Below, one piece after another: positions 1 to 9,293 of a stretch of DNA of 64,000 nt. Source of the DNA: Gemmatimonadota bacterium (GTDB taxonomy: Bacteria; Gemmatimonadota; Gemmatimonadetes; Gemmatimonadales; GWC2-71-9); NCBI GenBank assembly GCA_039587315.1, contig JBDHIS010000018.1, positions 218 to 64,217 of the forward strand, in the 5' to 3' direction. The notes beneath the pieces are model-generated. The model did not search any database. It was not told the DNA's origin and was given only the letters and a program-made list of their open reading frames with translations. The position numbers and the translations under genes are program-made. The stretch's first letter is position 1. The number at the start of each line of letters is the position of its first letter.

Positions 1-2236
1 GACGTATCGGGCCACCGGCCGTCCATCCCGCCCGCGATGGCGCAGGTGGTCATGAAGTGCCTCGAGAAGAAGCCGGCTGACCGGTGGCAGACCAGCAAGG
101 AGCTGCTGGCAGTGCTGGAGGCGGTTGCGACACCGAGCGGCGGCATTACTCCGACTGCGACCAGACCGGTCGCGGCTGTGGGGAAGCGGAAGACGTGGGG
201 CGTAGCGGCTGCGACCGCGGGAGTGGTCGCCATAGGCGCCGTAGCCGCGGTCCTGCTCCGCAGTGGTCGCCATAGGCGCCGTAGCCGCGGTCCTGCTCCG
301 CGCACCGACGGGGATCCCGATCGATCCGGACGTCGTGGCGGTCGCGCCGTTCGACGTACTGGGAGACGACCTCGACCTCTGGAGCGAGGGGCTCGTAGAC
401 ATCCTGTCGCGCAGCCTGGACGGCGCGGGCCCGCTGAGGACCGTTTCGCCCACATTGGTCATCCGGCGTTGGGACGGGCGCGCCGATCCTGAGTCGGCCG
501 GTCAGCTCGGTCGCGCAACAGGAGCGGGGCTCGCTGTGTTCGGCCGCCTGGTAGCGACCAGCGGCGACTCGGTGCGACTGAATGCGAGCCTGATGGACGT
601 GGAGCGGGGCGCGGTGCTGGGCGAGATCGAGCTGCGTGACGCGAGCGACCGAATGGACCGGCTGGCCGACACGCTCACCGTGGCTCTGCTGAGCGAGTTG
701 GGACGCACGCGCCCGATCGGGGCGGTACGTCGAGCTTCCTTCGCGTCTCCGTCGTTTGCGGCCACGAAGTTCTTCCTGCAGGGGGAGCAGCAGTACCGGC
801 GGTCGAACTGGGACTCGGCTCGGGTCGACTATCAGCGCGCGGTGGAGCTCGATTCCACGTTCGCGTTGGCGCTGAATCGCCTCAGCACGGTCCTTGGCTG
901 GCAGTCGACCATTTATGATCCGCGGGCGGAGACCTACGGCCTGCGGGCCGGCCAGCTGAACCACGGCCTGCCGCCGCGTGAGAGCCTGCTCATCGTGATG
1001 GACTCGGTGCTCCATGCGGTGTCCGCGGCAGCGCCCGCGGGTCTGGAGTTCCACGAAATGGTCCGACGCCTTTTCGCCACCAGCGAAGACGCCGTGGCGC
1101 GCTACCCCAACGATCCTGAGATGTGGAATCAGGTTGGTGAGGCTGTCTATCACGCCGGCGACTTCATGAACCTGTCGCGGCGGGAGGGGTTCGACGCGTT
1201 CGAGCGAGCCATAGAGCTCGACTCCGCTTTCGCTCCGGCCTACATCCACGCCATCGAGTACGCGCTGGAGCTGGAGGGTCACGAGGCCGCGCTGCGCCGG
1301 ATTGACGCTTACCTGGCGCTCGGTCCCACCGACAAGCACGCTAACGGCCAGCGATTGGTACGCCGGCTGCTCGACCCGGAGACCGCGTCGGATCCGGAAA
1401 CCGAGCGGATGCTGGATACCGCATCCGCCAACACGCTCTCGCCGGCGTACCTGACCTTTTGGTCCCTGCCGGATTCGGCGGAGCAGGCTCTGCGGATCGC
1501 CCGTCTCATGGCGGAGGGACGCCCCGGGAATCCACCCTGGAGCGAGCCGAGCACCGGGCGGCGTCACACACTCCTGCAGCTGACGCGTCGTGGGCATCTC
1601 CGTGAGGCTGCCGCGCTCCTGCCCTCGGACGACGACTACGAGTTCACGGATTTCGTCAGTCTCCACGATTTGGCACGGCTGGGCGGGGTTCCGCCGGACC
1701 GCGTCACGGCGCTGTTCCTGCGCTGGATACGTGAGGGGAGCCAGTGGGGCGAGGCCGCGCTCTGGTGGTTCGGCGAGCGGGGCGACACGGCGGGGATCCA
1801 CGAGTTGGTGGCTGCAACGCGTGAAAGGGGCGGGGCTTGGGGTGGGCTGCTGGACCCGTTCTTCGAGCCGGCGGCGGAGGCATACCTCGCGCTGGCGCGC
1901 GGCGACAGTGCCGAAGCCCTGGACCGGTTCATGGCACTGCCGGATTCACTCTGCTCGATTTGCGATAGTGAGAGCCTCACCCGCATACGCCTGCTGACGG
2001 CTGCCGGGCGCGATGCGGAGGCGGCCCGTTACCTGGAACGCGATGGGTGGATGGCGTTCGGCGTGGTGTGGACACTCGAGCGCGCCCGCGTCAACGACCG
2101 GCTCGGCAACGAAGAGCGAGCCATCGAGGACTACGCATTCGTGGTCGATTCGTGGCACCAGGCCGATCCCGAGCTACAGCCCGTCGTTGAAGAAGCCCGT
2201 GCCGCGCTCGCGCGGCTGAGCGGAGAGCCGAGGTAA
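1..2236 (+). pseudogene. Ser/Thr protein kinase (5' end outside window) with one TM helix and a large extracytoplasmic TPR-like domain; frame broken by the 40-bp tandem duplication at 222-301
   Basis: From nt 1 the frame reads DVSGHRPSIPPAMAQVVMKCLEKKPADRWQTSKELL (kinase subdomain XI-like), then the TM segment GVVAIGAVAAVLLR. After nt 261 it runs into an out-of-frame Arg-rich tail that stops at 492. ORF 263..2236 restarts with VAIGAVAAVLLRAPTGIPIDPD and continues for 657 aa. Deleting one 40-bp copy fuses both parts in frame. Confidence 0.8.
222..301. repeat. Perfect 2 x 40 bp tandem duplication (unit AGTGGTCGCCATAGGCGCCGTAGCCGCGGTCCTGCTCCGC)
   Basis: Base-by-base comparison shows 222-261 is identical to 262-301. 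The flanking bases differ (221 g vs 261 c; 262 a vs 302 g). The unit length is not a multiple of 3. Confidence 0.97.
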
Positions 2237-2240
2237 CGCG

Positions 2241-3851
2241 ATGACACAGGAGATCACCGCCGACTACTGCATCGCTGGCGCCGGACCCGCCGGAGCCGTC
2301 CTCGCGACCAAGCTGGCCGCGACGGGCAAGCGCGTGGTGCTGGTGGACCAGGGCCCGCACTACTCCGAGGCCGACCGGTCGGCAAAGCTGCGCCGCGGCG
2401 TGGACACGCTTAACGACTACGCCGACTACAACGACGACGAGTCGAGCGCGACGGTGACGCCTTACAGCTCGGCGCCGGCCGAAGGGCAGGTGGTGGACTG
2501 GATGGCGTGGCGGCAGTTCGGCATCGGTGGCACCGCGCTTCACTTCGAGGCGATCATGGGGCGGCCCATCGCCGACGACCTCAGGATGCGCGCGCTCTAC
2601 GGCGTGGGGCGAGACTGGCCGATTCGCTACTCAGAGTTGGAGCCGTGGCTGCTCCGGGCTGAGCAGGAAGTCGGCGTGGCCGGAAACGACGACAACCCCT
2701 ACGCGTCACCTCGCTCGGGCCCGTTCCCGATGCAGGGCCACGCGTTCTCCTACTTCGACCGCGAAATCTTCGGCCCCGCAATGCAGCGGCTGGGAATCAC
2801 CGCACACACGTGTCCCCGCGGGATCCCCACGGAGCCGTACCGCGGACGCTCGGAGTGCCTTGCGTGCCGCGCGTGCAAGTTCTGCCCCTCGGGTGCGCGC
2901 TACTCCCCCGACCGCGTGCACATCCCGATGCTGGAGGGGCGCGACAACGTTACGGTCCTGCCGGGCGTGAGCGTGCGGCGGCTCGAGACGAACGCGGCGG
3001 GCGATCGCGTCACCGTGGCGCACGCATTGCGGGTAGAGGACCGCAGCGAGCTGGTGATACGCGCGCAGAACTTCGTCGTCGCCCTTGGCGGTGTCGAAAC
3101 CCCGCGACTGCTCTTGCTCTCGGCAGGAAGCGGCGGCCACGGCGGCGGGTTGGGAAACATGGGCGGACAGGTCGGGCAGCACTTCAGCGATCACGTACAC
3201 CCGTACTTCACGGTGGATCTCGGCCGCCATGCCGGCAGCCGGCTCGGGTTCGAGACGGTGGCCACCGACCACTTCCGTGTGAATGTGAACCGGCGCGAGG
3301 AGAACACTTTCTGGATGCTCGCATCGCCGGCGATGGATTGGTTCCCCGTCGGCGTCGAGGCTTCCACGTGGGCGACGCAGAACGGGACCCTGTCGCTCGC
3401 AGGCGTGCGCGAGAGCATCCCACGCATGGCGACGGTCTCTGGCATGGTCGAGCTCGGCGGGAATGGCGTGCTCGAGCTGGATCCCGACAAGCTCGACGCG
3501 TTCGGCTCGCCGGTGGCCAAAGTCAGGATGACGCTCACCGATTGGGACCGCCGCGCCCAGGCCAGGATGGGCGAGCTGGCGCCGCAGATCGCGGAGGCGA
3601 TGGGCGCCGCTAACGTCTCTGAGATTTCGCCACCCGAGGGCGGCCTGGGGTACCACCCCTCCGGCGCCACCGCCATGGCCGCCTTGCCTGACGCTGGTGT
3701 CTGCGACCCCGACCTCAAGGTGTTCGGCCTCGACAACCTGCACTTGGTCAGCAATTCGGTCTTCCCTCACATGGGAGCCAACCCGCCGACGCTCACGATC
3801 ATCGCGCTGGCGCTCCGTCTGGCGGAGCATCTCGAGGGGAGGGCCTCATGA
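2241..3851 (+). CDS. GMC family FAD-dependent oxidoreductase
   Basis: N-terminal Rossmann motif DYCIAGAGPAGAVLATKLAATGKRVVLVDQG. C-terminal GMC signature GYHPSGATAMA...DLKVFGLDNLHLVSNSVFPHMGANPPTLTIIALALR. 536 aa. Confidence 0.9.
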   Translation: MTQEITADYCIAGAGPAGAVLATKLAATGKRVVLVDQGPHYSEADRSAKLRRGVDTLNDYADYNDDESSATVTPYSSAPAEGQVVDWMAWRQFGIGGTALHFEAIMGRPIADDLRMRALYGVGRDWPIRYSELEPWLLRAEQEVGVAGNDDNPYASPRSGPFPMQGHAFSYFDREIFGPAMQRLGITAHTCPRGIPTEPYRGRSECLACRACKFCPSGARYSPDRVHIPMLEGRDNVTVLPGVSVRRLETNAAGDRVTVAHALRVEDRSELVIRAQNFVVALGGVETPRLLLLSAGSGGHGGGLGNMGGQVGQHFSDHVHPYFTVDLGRHAGSRLGFETVATDHFRVNVNRREENTFWMLASPAMDWFPVGVEASTWATQNGTLSLAGVRESIPRMATVSGMVELGGNGVLELDPDKLDAFGSPVAKVRMTLTDWDRRAQARMGELAPQIAEAMGAANVSEISPPEGGLGYHPSGATAMAALPDAGVCDPDLKVFGLDNLHLVSNSVFPHMGANPPTLTIIALALRLAEHLEGRAS

Positions 3852-4297
3852 GCTACGAGTTGAGGCGGCGCGAGTTCATCCAGGTCCTGGTGTCCCTGCC
3901 GCTTGGGTACGCCGCCGCGGCCTGTGCCGTCGAGAGGAGGACTCCCGGGCAGACGGCGTTGGGCAAGCTGGTGCTGGCCGTCGGTCCGTGGCCCGCTGAG
4001 GACGGCGCCCGCGCCGACGAGTTCGTCGGGCGCTTCCTGGCTGCCGACCATGTGGTTGGCCTCTACCTGCCGGAGTCGAGCTCCACGATCCTGAGCCTGG
4101 CCCGCCGCTTTGCGGATGGAGCGATGGCCGTGGGGGAGGTCGATCTGGGGCCCCTGCCGGACGGGGAGCGAGAGCTACTGGTCCAGCTGACCCAGCAGAT
4201 CTACAGCCTGGTGGAGGTCCGATTCTACGTCTCCAGCGAGCCCCGCTGGGGGGAGTGCCTGGGGGAGAGGACGCGGTACGTTCAGCCGCCGGCTTAG
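3848..4297 (+). CDS. Small Tat-signal subunit, gluconate 2-dehydrogenase subunit 3-like partner of the GMC oxidoreductase
   Basis: ATGA start/stop overlap with the upstream GMC gene. N-terminus is RRREFIQVLVSLPLGYAAAACA (twin-arginine-like). Size and position are typical of this partner family. Confidence 0.6.
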   Translation: MSYELRRREFIQVLVSLPLGYAAAACAVERRTPGQTALGKLVLAVGPWPAEDGARADEFVGRFLAADHVVGLYLPESSSTILSLARRFADGAMAVGEVDLGPLPDGERELLVQLTQQIYSLVEVRFYVSSEPRWGECLGERTRYVQPPA

Positions 4298-4302
4298 GCG
4301 AT

Positions 4303-4324
4303 CCGGGCCCCCTGGCAGGCCCGG
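4303..4324 (+). terminator. GC-rich hairpin after the oxidoreductase pair (CCGGGCC-8 nt-GGCCCGG), no U-tract
   Basis: Inverted repeat seen 6 nt after the stop at 4297. Confidence 0.35.
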
Positions 4325-4513
4325 GCCGGCCCCCTGGCCCTCCAGTCCCGAGCAGATTACCTTGCGAGGCTACTTAAACCGTTGCCGGCGTGGGGGTAAG
4401 CCCTGCAACCGGCAGCCCATCGCGGGGGCGAGTGACCGCGCAGATGATGAGCGATCGGTGGGTGCGGCTTTGCCGGACTCCGTCGAGCATCAACACACCA
4501 TAGGGAGTGCGGC

Positions 4514-4726
4514 ATGCACACGACCGGAACCGTCAAGTGGTTCAACGACAGCAAGGGCTTCGGCTTCATCACGCGGGACGACGGCGAGAAGGACTGCTTC
4601 GTCCATCACTCCGCCATTCAGGGTAGCGGCTTCAAGTCGCTGCGTGAGGGCGAGCGCGTAGAGTTCGACGTCGTGCAGGGCCAGAAGGGCCCGGCGGCGG
4701 AGAACGTCACAAAGGTCGAAGGCTAG
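4514..4726 (+). CDS. cspA: Cold-shock protein, CspA family
   Basis: The 70-aa sequence [35 protein letters not shown] carries RNP1/RNP2 motifs (KGFGFI, VFVHH-like). AGGGAG RBS at 4502-4507. About 200 nt of upstream untranslated region, as is usual for csp genes. Confidence 0.93.
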   Translation: MHTTGTVKWFNDSKGFGFITRDDGEKDCFVHHSAIQGSGFKSLREGERVEFDVVQGQKGPAAENVTKVEG

Positions 4727-4751
4727 AAGTCTGCTCGCTGACCGATGACGG

Positions 4752-4787
4752 AGAGGGCTGCTCCGGCGCCGTTCGGGGCGGCCCTCT
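4752..4787 (+). terminator. Stem-loop downstream of cspA
   Basis: AGAGGGC...GCCCTCT arms with further internal pairing, 26 nt after the stop; weak U-tract. Confidence 0.5.
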
Positions 4788-4828
4788 GCTCTTCACACTG
4801 ACATTCAAGCAAAGATGGTGATGGTACG

Positions 4829-5023
4829 GTGACCGAGATCATTCTGGACGAGAACGACAACCTGGAACGGGCCCTCAAGGTCTTCCGGCGCAAGGTGCAG
4901 CGCTCGGGCATCCTCCAGGACCTCAGGAGCAAACGCTACTACGTGAAGCCGAGCCTGGCCAAGCGGCTCAAGGCGGCGGCGGCACTGAGGCGCAAGCGGC
5001 GCGCGAGCCGCAGGCGGAGCTAG
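4829..5023 (+). CDS. rpsU: 30S ribosomal protein S21
   Basis: The 64-aa sequence MTEIILDENDNLERALKVFRRKVQRSGILQDLRSKRYYVKPSLAKRLKAAAALRRKRR is a typical S21 pattern. GTG start. Confidence 0.9.
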   Translation: MTEIILDENDNLERALKVFRRKVQRSGILQDLRSKRYYVKPSLAKRLKAAAALRRKRRASRRRS

Positions 5024-5028
5024 TCCAG

Positions 5029-5053
5029 GGTGGCGGCCCCAAGGGCCGCCACC
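5029..5053 (+). terminator. Perfect 11-bp stem hairpin after rpsU (GGTGGCGGCCC-CAA-GGGCCGCCACC)
   Basis: Seen directly, 6 nt after the stop; no clear U-tract. Confidence 0.55.
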
Positions 5054-5174
5054 TGCAGTAAACCCCTCCTTTGCACCCCCGCCGCGGGGTGCCAGATTCC
5101 GGTGACATACCACGTCATCGTGACTCGAGAATCCAACCCAACCATTCGTCTCCCTCAGGCCACTAAGGACTGAG

Positions 5175-5726
5175 ATGCATGGCATCGGCAGGGACCCAGC
5201 AACCGACCAGCATCTGGTCGAGGAGCTGCTGGAGGGCGGGAGTGAGGCGGCCTTTCGGGAGCTGTATCGTCGGCACACGCCCCGGCTGTTGCAGTTCGTC
5301 ACCCGGGTGCTGGGCGGCGCCGGCGACGAAGCCGAGGACGTAGTGCAGGACACCTGGATCAAGGCCGTCGAGGGACTGCCCGGGTTCCGCGGCGAGGCCC
5401 GGTTCGCAACGTGGCTCACCGGGATCGGACTCAACGTGAGCCGCATGCACCTGAGGAGGACCGGCAGGTGGCGCGGGTTCATCGAAGGAGTGGAGCCCGA
5501 GTCGCCTCGGCCGCGACTCTCTCACGAGGAGCGGATGGACCTCGAGCACGTGGTGGCACAGCTGCCCGACGGACAACGGACGGTACTGATCATGCACGAC
5601 GTGGAAGGCTACACGCACGCGGAGATCGGACAGATGTTGGGAATCGCCGAGGGCACGTCCAAGAGCCAGCTCTCGGTGGCCAGGAAGCAAGCGCAGGCGC
5701 TGTACGACGGAGGAAGCCATGAGTGA
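5175..5726 (+). CDS. ECF-type RNA polymerase sigma-70 factor
   Basis: Region 2 (DVVQDTWIKAVEGLPGFRGEARFATWLTGIGLN) and region 4 (LPDGQRTVLIMHDVEGYTHAEIGQMLGIAEGTSKSQLSVARK) motifs. Confidence 0.9.
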   Translation: MHGIGRDPATDQHLVEELLEGGSEAAFRELYRRHTPRLLQFVTRVLGGAGDEAEDVVQDTWIKAVEGLPGFRGEARFATWLTGIGLNVSRMHLRRTGRWRGFIEGVEPESPRPRLSHEERMDLEHVVAQLPDGQRTVLIMHDVEGYTHAEIGQMLGIAEGTSKSQLSVARKQAQALYDGGSHE

Positions 5727-6279
5727 GCGGGATCAGAACGGACTGACACCAGATTTTCGGCGGGCGCTCGACGCACTCCCCCGGGAGAAGGAGTCGTCGG
5801 CGGAGTTGGAGAACCGCACCGTCGCGGCGCTGAGGCAACGAGGGCTGATAGCGTCGCGGTGGAGTGCACCGCGCGGGCGTTCGGGCTGGAGCGCGTGGGT
5901 CGGTATCGCGGCCGCGCTCGCAATCTTCGCGGCCGGGACCGCGCTCGGACACCGGCTGGGATCCAGCTCAGCGGTGGTTGTGCTGGCCCCCGCTCCCGAC
6001 GGAGACGCTCGTGAGACGGCTGCCTTCGTTCAGCGCACCGGATCCGCGCACGCGGCGGCAATCGTCCGGCTAGCTTCGGCCGTCGAGTCGGCCGATCCGC
6101 GGGACGTGGAGCTGGCGCGCGAGGTGTCGCTCGCAGCACTGCGCGCTTCGCTCGAGGCGCTCACGCGTCTGGACCCAACTGATCCCACTCCGTCGCTGCT
6201 CCTGGCCCAGGTTCAGCCCGTAGCAGCGTCGGGAGCCACACGGGGCCCTGCCGAAGAGCCGTGGGTGGTCTGGTTCTAG
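5719..6279 (+). CDS. Putative anti-sigma factor (single-pass membrane protein)
   Basis: 8-nt overlap with the ECF sigma gene. One TM segment (WSAWVGIAAALAIFAAGTALG). The call is positional only. Confidence 0.5.
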   Translation: MSERDQNGLTPDFRRALDALPREKESSAELENRTVAALRQRGLIASRWSAPRGRSGWSAWVGIAAALAIFAAGTALGHRLGSSSAVVVLAPAPDGDARETAAFVQRTGSAHAAAIVRLASAVESADPRDVELAREVSLAALRASLEALTRLDPTDPTPSLLLAQVQPVAASGATRGPAEEPWVVWF

Positions 6280-6301
6280 AGCCCCACAGGGAGATGAACA
6301 G

Positions 6302-7135
6302 ATGAAAACGCAAACCAGGATCGTGACGGCGCTGGTGGCCCTGTTCTTCGGAACATCAGGCGGTCTGATGGCACAGGAACGGGAGCACGCAGAAATACGT
6401 GTCGAAGGCGTTTGTGGCGAGCAGGAAGTGTCCATTGGCGAGCTGGGTATCAAAGGGCTCGCATGCGGACCCTGCACTCAGACGCGGCGCGACGGCAAGT
6501 GGATCTGGCGCTTCGACGCAGAACCCCAAGTGCTCGACATAGAACAAAACGGCCCGGCCGAGGGGAAGCTCGAGGCGGGTGACCAGATAGTGTCGGTGAA
6601 CGGGGTCCTGATCACGAGCGCTGAGGGCGGCGATCAGTGGTCAAACGTCGAGGCGGGCGAGACGTTGACGCTCGTCATTCGGCGCAACGGTCGCGAGGAA
6701 GCCGTGAGTATCCAGGCATCGGCCAAGTGCCAGAAGCGCTCCTTCTCGGTGCCGCATGACGTGGATGTGGCGGTCCAGCGCATCGAGCGGGGCGACCACA
6801 TGGACATCAAGCTCATCGAGATACTGCCCGAGGGCTGGTTCGGGTTCGCGTTCAGCTGTAACTGCATGGCACACGTTAGCGAAGAGCGAACGACCTGGGA
6901 GTTCGAGGACGCGCCCAAGATTATCGCAGTGGCGGAAGACAGCCCCGCGGCACGGGCCGGTCTCGAGACAGGCGACTGCATCCTCGCGGCGGACGGCCAT
7001 CCCGTGACTGAGGACGAGGGCGCGCGGCGGCTCACCACCGTGCGGCCGGGCGAGACGGTTCGGCTCACAATAGACCGGGGTGGCGAGACCGTGACGGTTG
7101 AGATCACGGCGGCCGACCGACCCATGAAAGAGTGA
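6302..7135 (+). CDS. Secreted protein with two PDZ domains
   Basis: Signal peptide MKTQTRIVTALVALFFGTSGGLMAQ. PDZ-like motifs GPAEGKLEAGDQIVSVNGVLI and DSPAARAGLETGDCILAADGHPV. Confidence 0.7.
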   Translation: MKTQTRIVTALVALFFGTSGGLMAQEREHAEIRVEGVCGEQEVSIGELGIKGLACGPCTQTRRDGKWIWRFDAEPQVLDIEQNGPAEGKLEAGDQIVSVNGVLITSAEGGDQWSNVEAGETLTLVIRRNGREEAVSIQASAKCQKRSFSVPHDVDVAVQRIERGDHMDIKLIEILPEGWFGFAFSCNCMAHVSEERTTWEFEDAPKIIAVAEDSPAARAGLETGDCILAADGHPVTEDEGARRLTTVRPGETVRLTIDRGGETVTVEITAADRPMKE

Positions 7136-7327
7136 GCGTCCGCTCGACACGAGCGGCATATGCGAAGAGGGCCGGGGGGCGCACGCTCCCCGGCTCTCTT
7201 CCGATCCCGTATTCCGTTGTTCCCTATGGCCTTCAGCGCCTACGCCCGCCTAACGGAAGGGCGCTACGTTTGCCTGTCCGGTCGGCATACCTACATTGCC
7301 GAATACGACACATACGGGGAGGTCCGA

Positions 7328-7774
7328 ATGCTGCGCCTAGCTCTGCTACTTGCCTTCGGAGTTGGCTTCGCCGGCTCCGCCCAGGCACAAACGCTCGAGC
7401 CCCTCGATCCATGGAGCCGCCAGGTCCAACAGCAGCTGTGGATGTACCGCCTGGACCTCGGTCTCACCGATCTCAGCCACAACATCGTGACCGGCGCCCT
7501 AGATGCCGGTGAGCGGGAGACGGTGATGGCCGAGTTGGAGGGAGGGTCGCATTATACCCTTCTGGCCGTTTGCGACAACGACTGCACCGACATCGACTTG
7601 CGCGTGAAGACGCGCTCCGGCACGACACTGGATGAGGATCTGGAGCTGGACGACTTCCCGCTTTGCGAGGTTTCCGTCGCGGGCGAAGGTACGATGATGT
7701 TCGAGGTCGAGGTCATCATGGTGAACTGTGACATCGAGCCGTGCAGCTACGCCGTGGCGGTGTTCGAGCGGTAA
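7328..7774 (+). CDS. Secreted hypothetical protein
   Basis: Internal ATG at 7328 is preceded by GGGGAGG and followed by the signal peptide MLRLALLLAFGVGFAGSAQAQ. The upstream part of ORF 7160 looks non-coding. Confidence 0.6.
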   Translation: MLRLALLLAFGVGFAGSAQAQTLEPLDPWSRQVQQQLWMYRLDLGLTDLSHNIVTGALDAGERETVMAELEGGSHYTLLAVCDNDCTDIDLRVKTRSGTTLDEDLELDDFPLCEVSVAGEGTMMFEVEVIMVNCDIEPCSYAVAVFER

Positions 7775-7808
7775 CGCGGCAATAGAGAGCAGCACGTCGT
7801 CCCCTCTG

Positions 7809-7834
7809 GAAAGGGCCCCGAACGGGGCCCTTTC
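7809..7834. terminator. Bidirectional intrinsic terminator between convergent genes (GAAAGGGCCCC-GAAC-GGGGCCCTTTC)
   Basis: Perfect 11-bp stem followed by a T-rich tract on the plus strand. The A/T-containing arms also serve the minus strand. Confidence 0.7.
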
Positions 7835-7888
7835 TGTCGTGTTGTTGATTTCTACCGGCTACGGGGGGCCGGCGTGCGCCCGAGGTCG

Positions 7889-9283
7889 CTACGATCGCGG
7901 CGACTCGTCGGTCCGGCCGTTGTCGTAATGCCCTATGAGCTTGAGCGGTTGGCCGGAGTCGTCCGTCACTATCTCGATCCGGAAGTACTCGAGCTCATCG
8001 AAGCGGAACATGTTCTCGCCCATTGGGATCGCGCGCATGCGCGCGCCCTCCCCACGCTGGTACGTCAGGCTGCCGCTCTCGAGCGTGAGGGTGCGTGGTC
8101 CGTAGCTCCCCGCATACGACGCCAGCACATCGGGGCTCACCGTCACCGGATTCAACTTGGATTCCAGGCTGGTGATCGCCCACCCTGTGGCGAAGGCCTG
8201 CCGCGGGTCGGTTTGGCCTTCCCGAATCTTCTCTAGCGCCATCAGGTGTGCCTTGTCGAGTGCCTGATCCGACGGAACGGCGACGTCGGGGATCACTCCC
8301 ACACCCTCCCAGTTGGTGCCTGTGATCGGGTTCACGGCCCTCCCGAACGGGACACCCAAGCCGGTATTCAATTCCTCGAACACGACACGAGTGACCGGGT
8401 GGGCCCCGCCGCCCGTCGTGTCGCCCACGATCGTTGCTCGCTCCAGGTTCTGGAGGTTGTAGCTGAACTCTTCGGCGCCCGAGAACGTGCGGTTGCTGGT
8501 CAGAACGTAGAGCTCAGTATCCGTCAATCGCTCCCCCTGCACGTGGGTGAGCGTCCAAAACTGTTGAGTGCTGTCCGACTCGCGAATGTAAAAGCTGTTC
8601 AAGTGAACAGGCTCGTCGAAGAAGTAGGTCGTGATGAGTTGAATCAGACTGGGAGATCCACCTCCGTTGTACCTGAGGTCGACGATCAGCGCGTCCGTGT
8701 GTGCCAGGAAGTTCATTGCGGCCACCGCTGTGGGGCCGGAGTACGCGGCGTTGAGGAACGCGTCGAACCGCAGGTATCCGACGTTGCCCGTGAGGATCTC
8801 GACACGCCTGAACCTGAAGTTGTCCCTGGCGGCCTCTTCCCTTCGCCGGGCGTCTGCCTCGTCGTCATCCACATCAGCCGTCAACTCCGCCATCGCGGCC
8901 GCCGGAATGTAGCCCACGCGCAGGTGCAGATCGTGGCTGATCGATTGGAGGTCCCGGGTGAGAGCACCCGTGAACTCCCGAACCGTGTTCAGGTCATCGT
9001 AGGCGCCGTCGGACATCTGCTGTCGCACGAAGGCGCCCATCTCCTCCGCGACCTCGGGGAACACGTAGGTGCGGTCGAGGGCGGCGCAGATCGAGTCGAT
9101 GATCTCGGCGCGCATGGCTGCGTCCGCCGCCACGTCCGGGGGTGGGCCCATCTGTGCTGAGCCTCTCGGGGCGCAGAGAAGCAGCAGCGCGGCTATTACG
9201 AGCGCGATGCGCGCGCCAAGCGTAAGTGAGTTGGACCGTCTGAGCCCATCCATGCTTCGTCTCCCTTCGAACTGTGGAATCAA
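7889..9283 (-). CDS. S41 family peptidase (tail-specific protease / IRBP-like)
   Basis: Motifs VGYLRFDAF, LIVDLRYNGGGSPSLI, FSGAEEFSYNLQNLERATIVGDTTGGGAHP. N-terminal signal-like segment. TTG start at 9283, alternative ATG at 9253. Confidence 0.85.
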   Translation of the reverse strand: MIPQFEGRRSMDGLRRSNSLTLGARIALVIAALLLLCAPRGSAQMGPPPDVAADAAMRAEIIDSICAALDRTYVFPEVAEEMGAFVRQQMSDGAYDDLNTVREFTGALTRDLQSISHDLHLRVGYIPAAAMAELTADVDDDEADARRREEAARDNFRFRRVEILTGNVGYLRFDAFLNAAYSGPTAVAAMNFLAHTDALIVDLRYNGGGSPSLIQLITTYFFDEPVHLNSFYIRESDSTQQFWTLTHVQGERLTDTELYVLTSNRTFSGAEEFSYNLQNLERATIVGDTTGGGAHPVTRVVFEELNTGLGVPFGRAVNPITGTNWEGVGVIPDVAVPSDQALDKAHLMALEKIREGQTDPRQAFATGWAITSLESKLNPVTVSPDVLASYAGSYGPRTLTLESGSLTYQRGEGARMRAIPMGENMFRFDELEYFRIEIVTDDSGQPLKLIGHYDNGRTDESPRS

Positions 9284-9293
9284 GCGGCTGCCC

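Noticed and set aside
146-1801. 551-aa minus-strand ORF, together with many similar long antisense ORFs: 2706..3830-, 8246..9160+, 9069..10277+, 16369..17568+, 20234..21337-, 24050..25057-, 25338..26234-, 33971..35206-, 45185..46168+, 50412..51542-, 57469..58431+, 59833..61287+, 61960..63255-, 63003..63731-
   Set aside because: Each lies antisense to a gene with clear family motifs. Their translations are Arg/Pro/Gly/His-rich low-complexity sequence with no recognisable motifs, which is the usual stop-codon-poor shadow-ORF effect in high-GC DNA.
5100-5174. ECF-type autoregulated promoter (GAAC...CGTC) upstream of the ECF sigma gene
   Set aside because: GAATCC and CGTCT are present, but the spacer is about 12 nt rather than the usual 16-17 nt, so no promoter was called.
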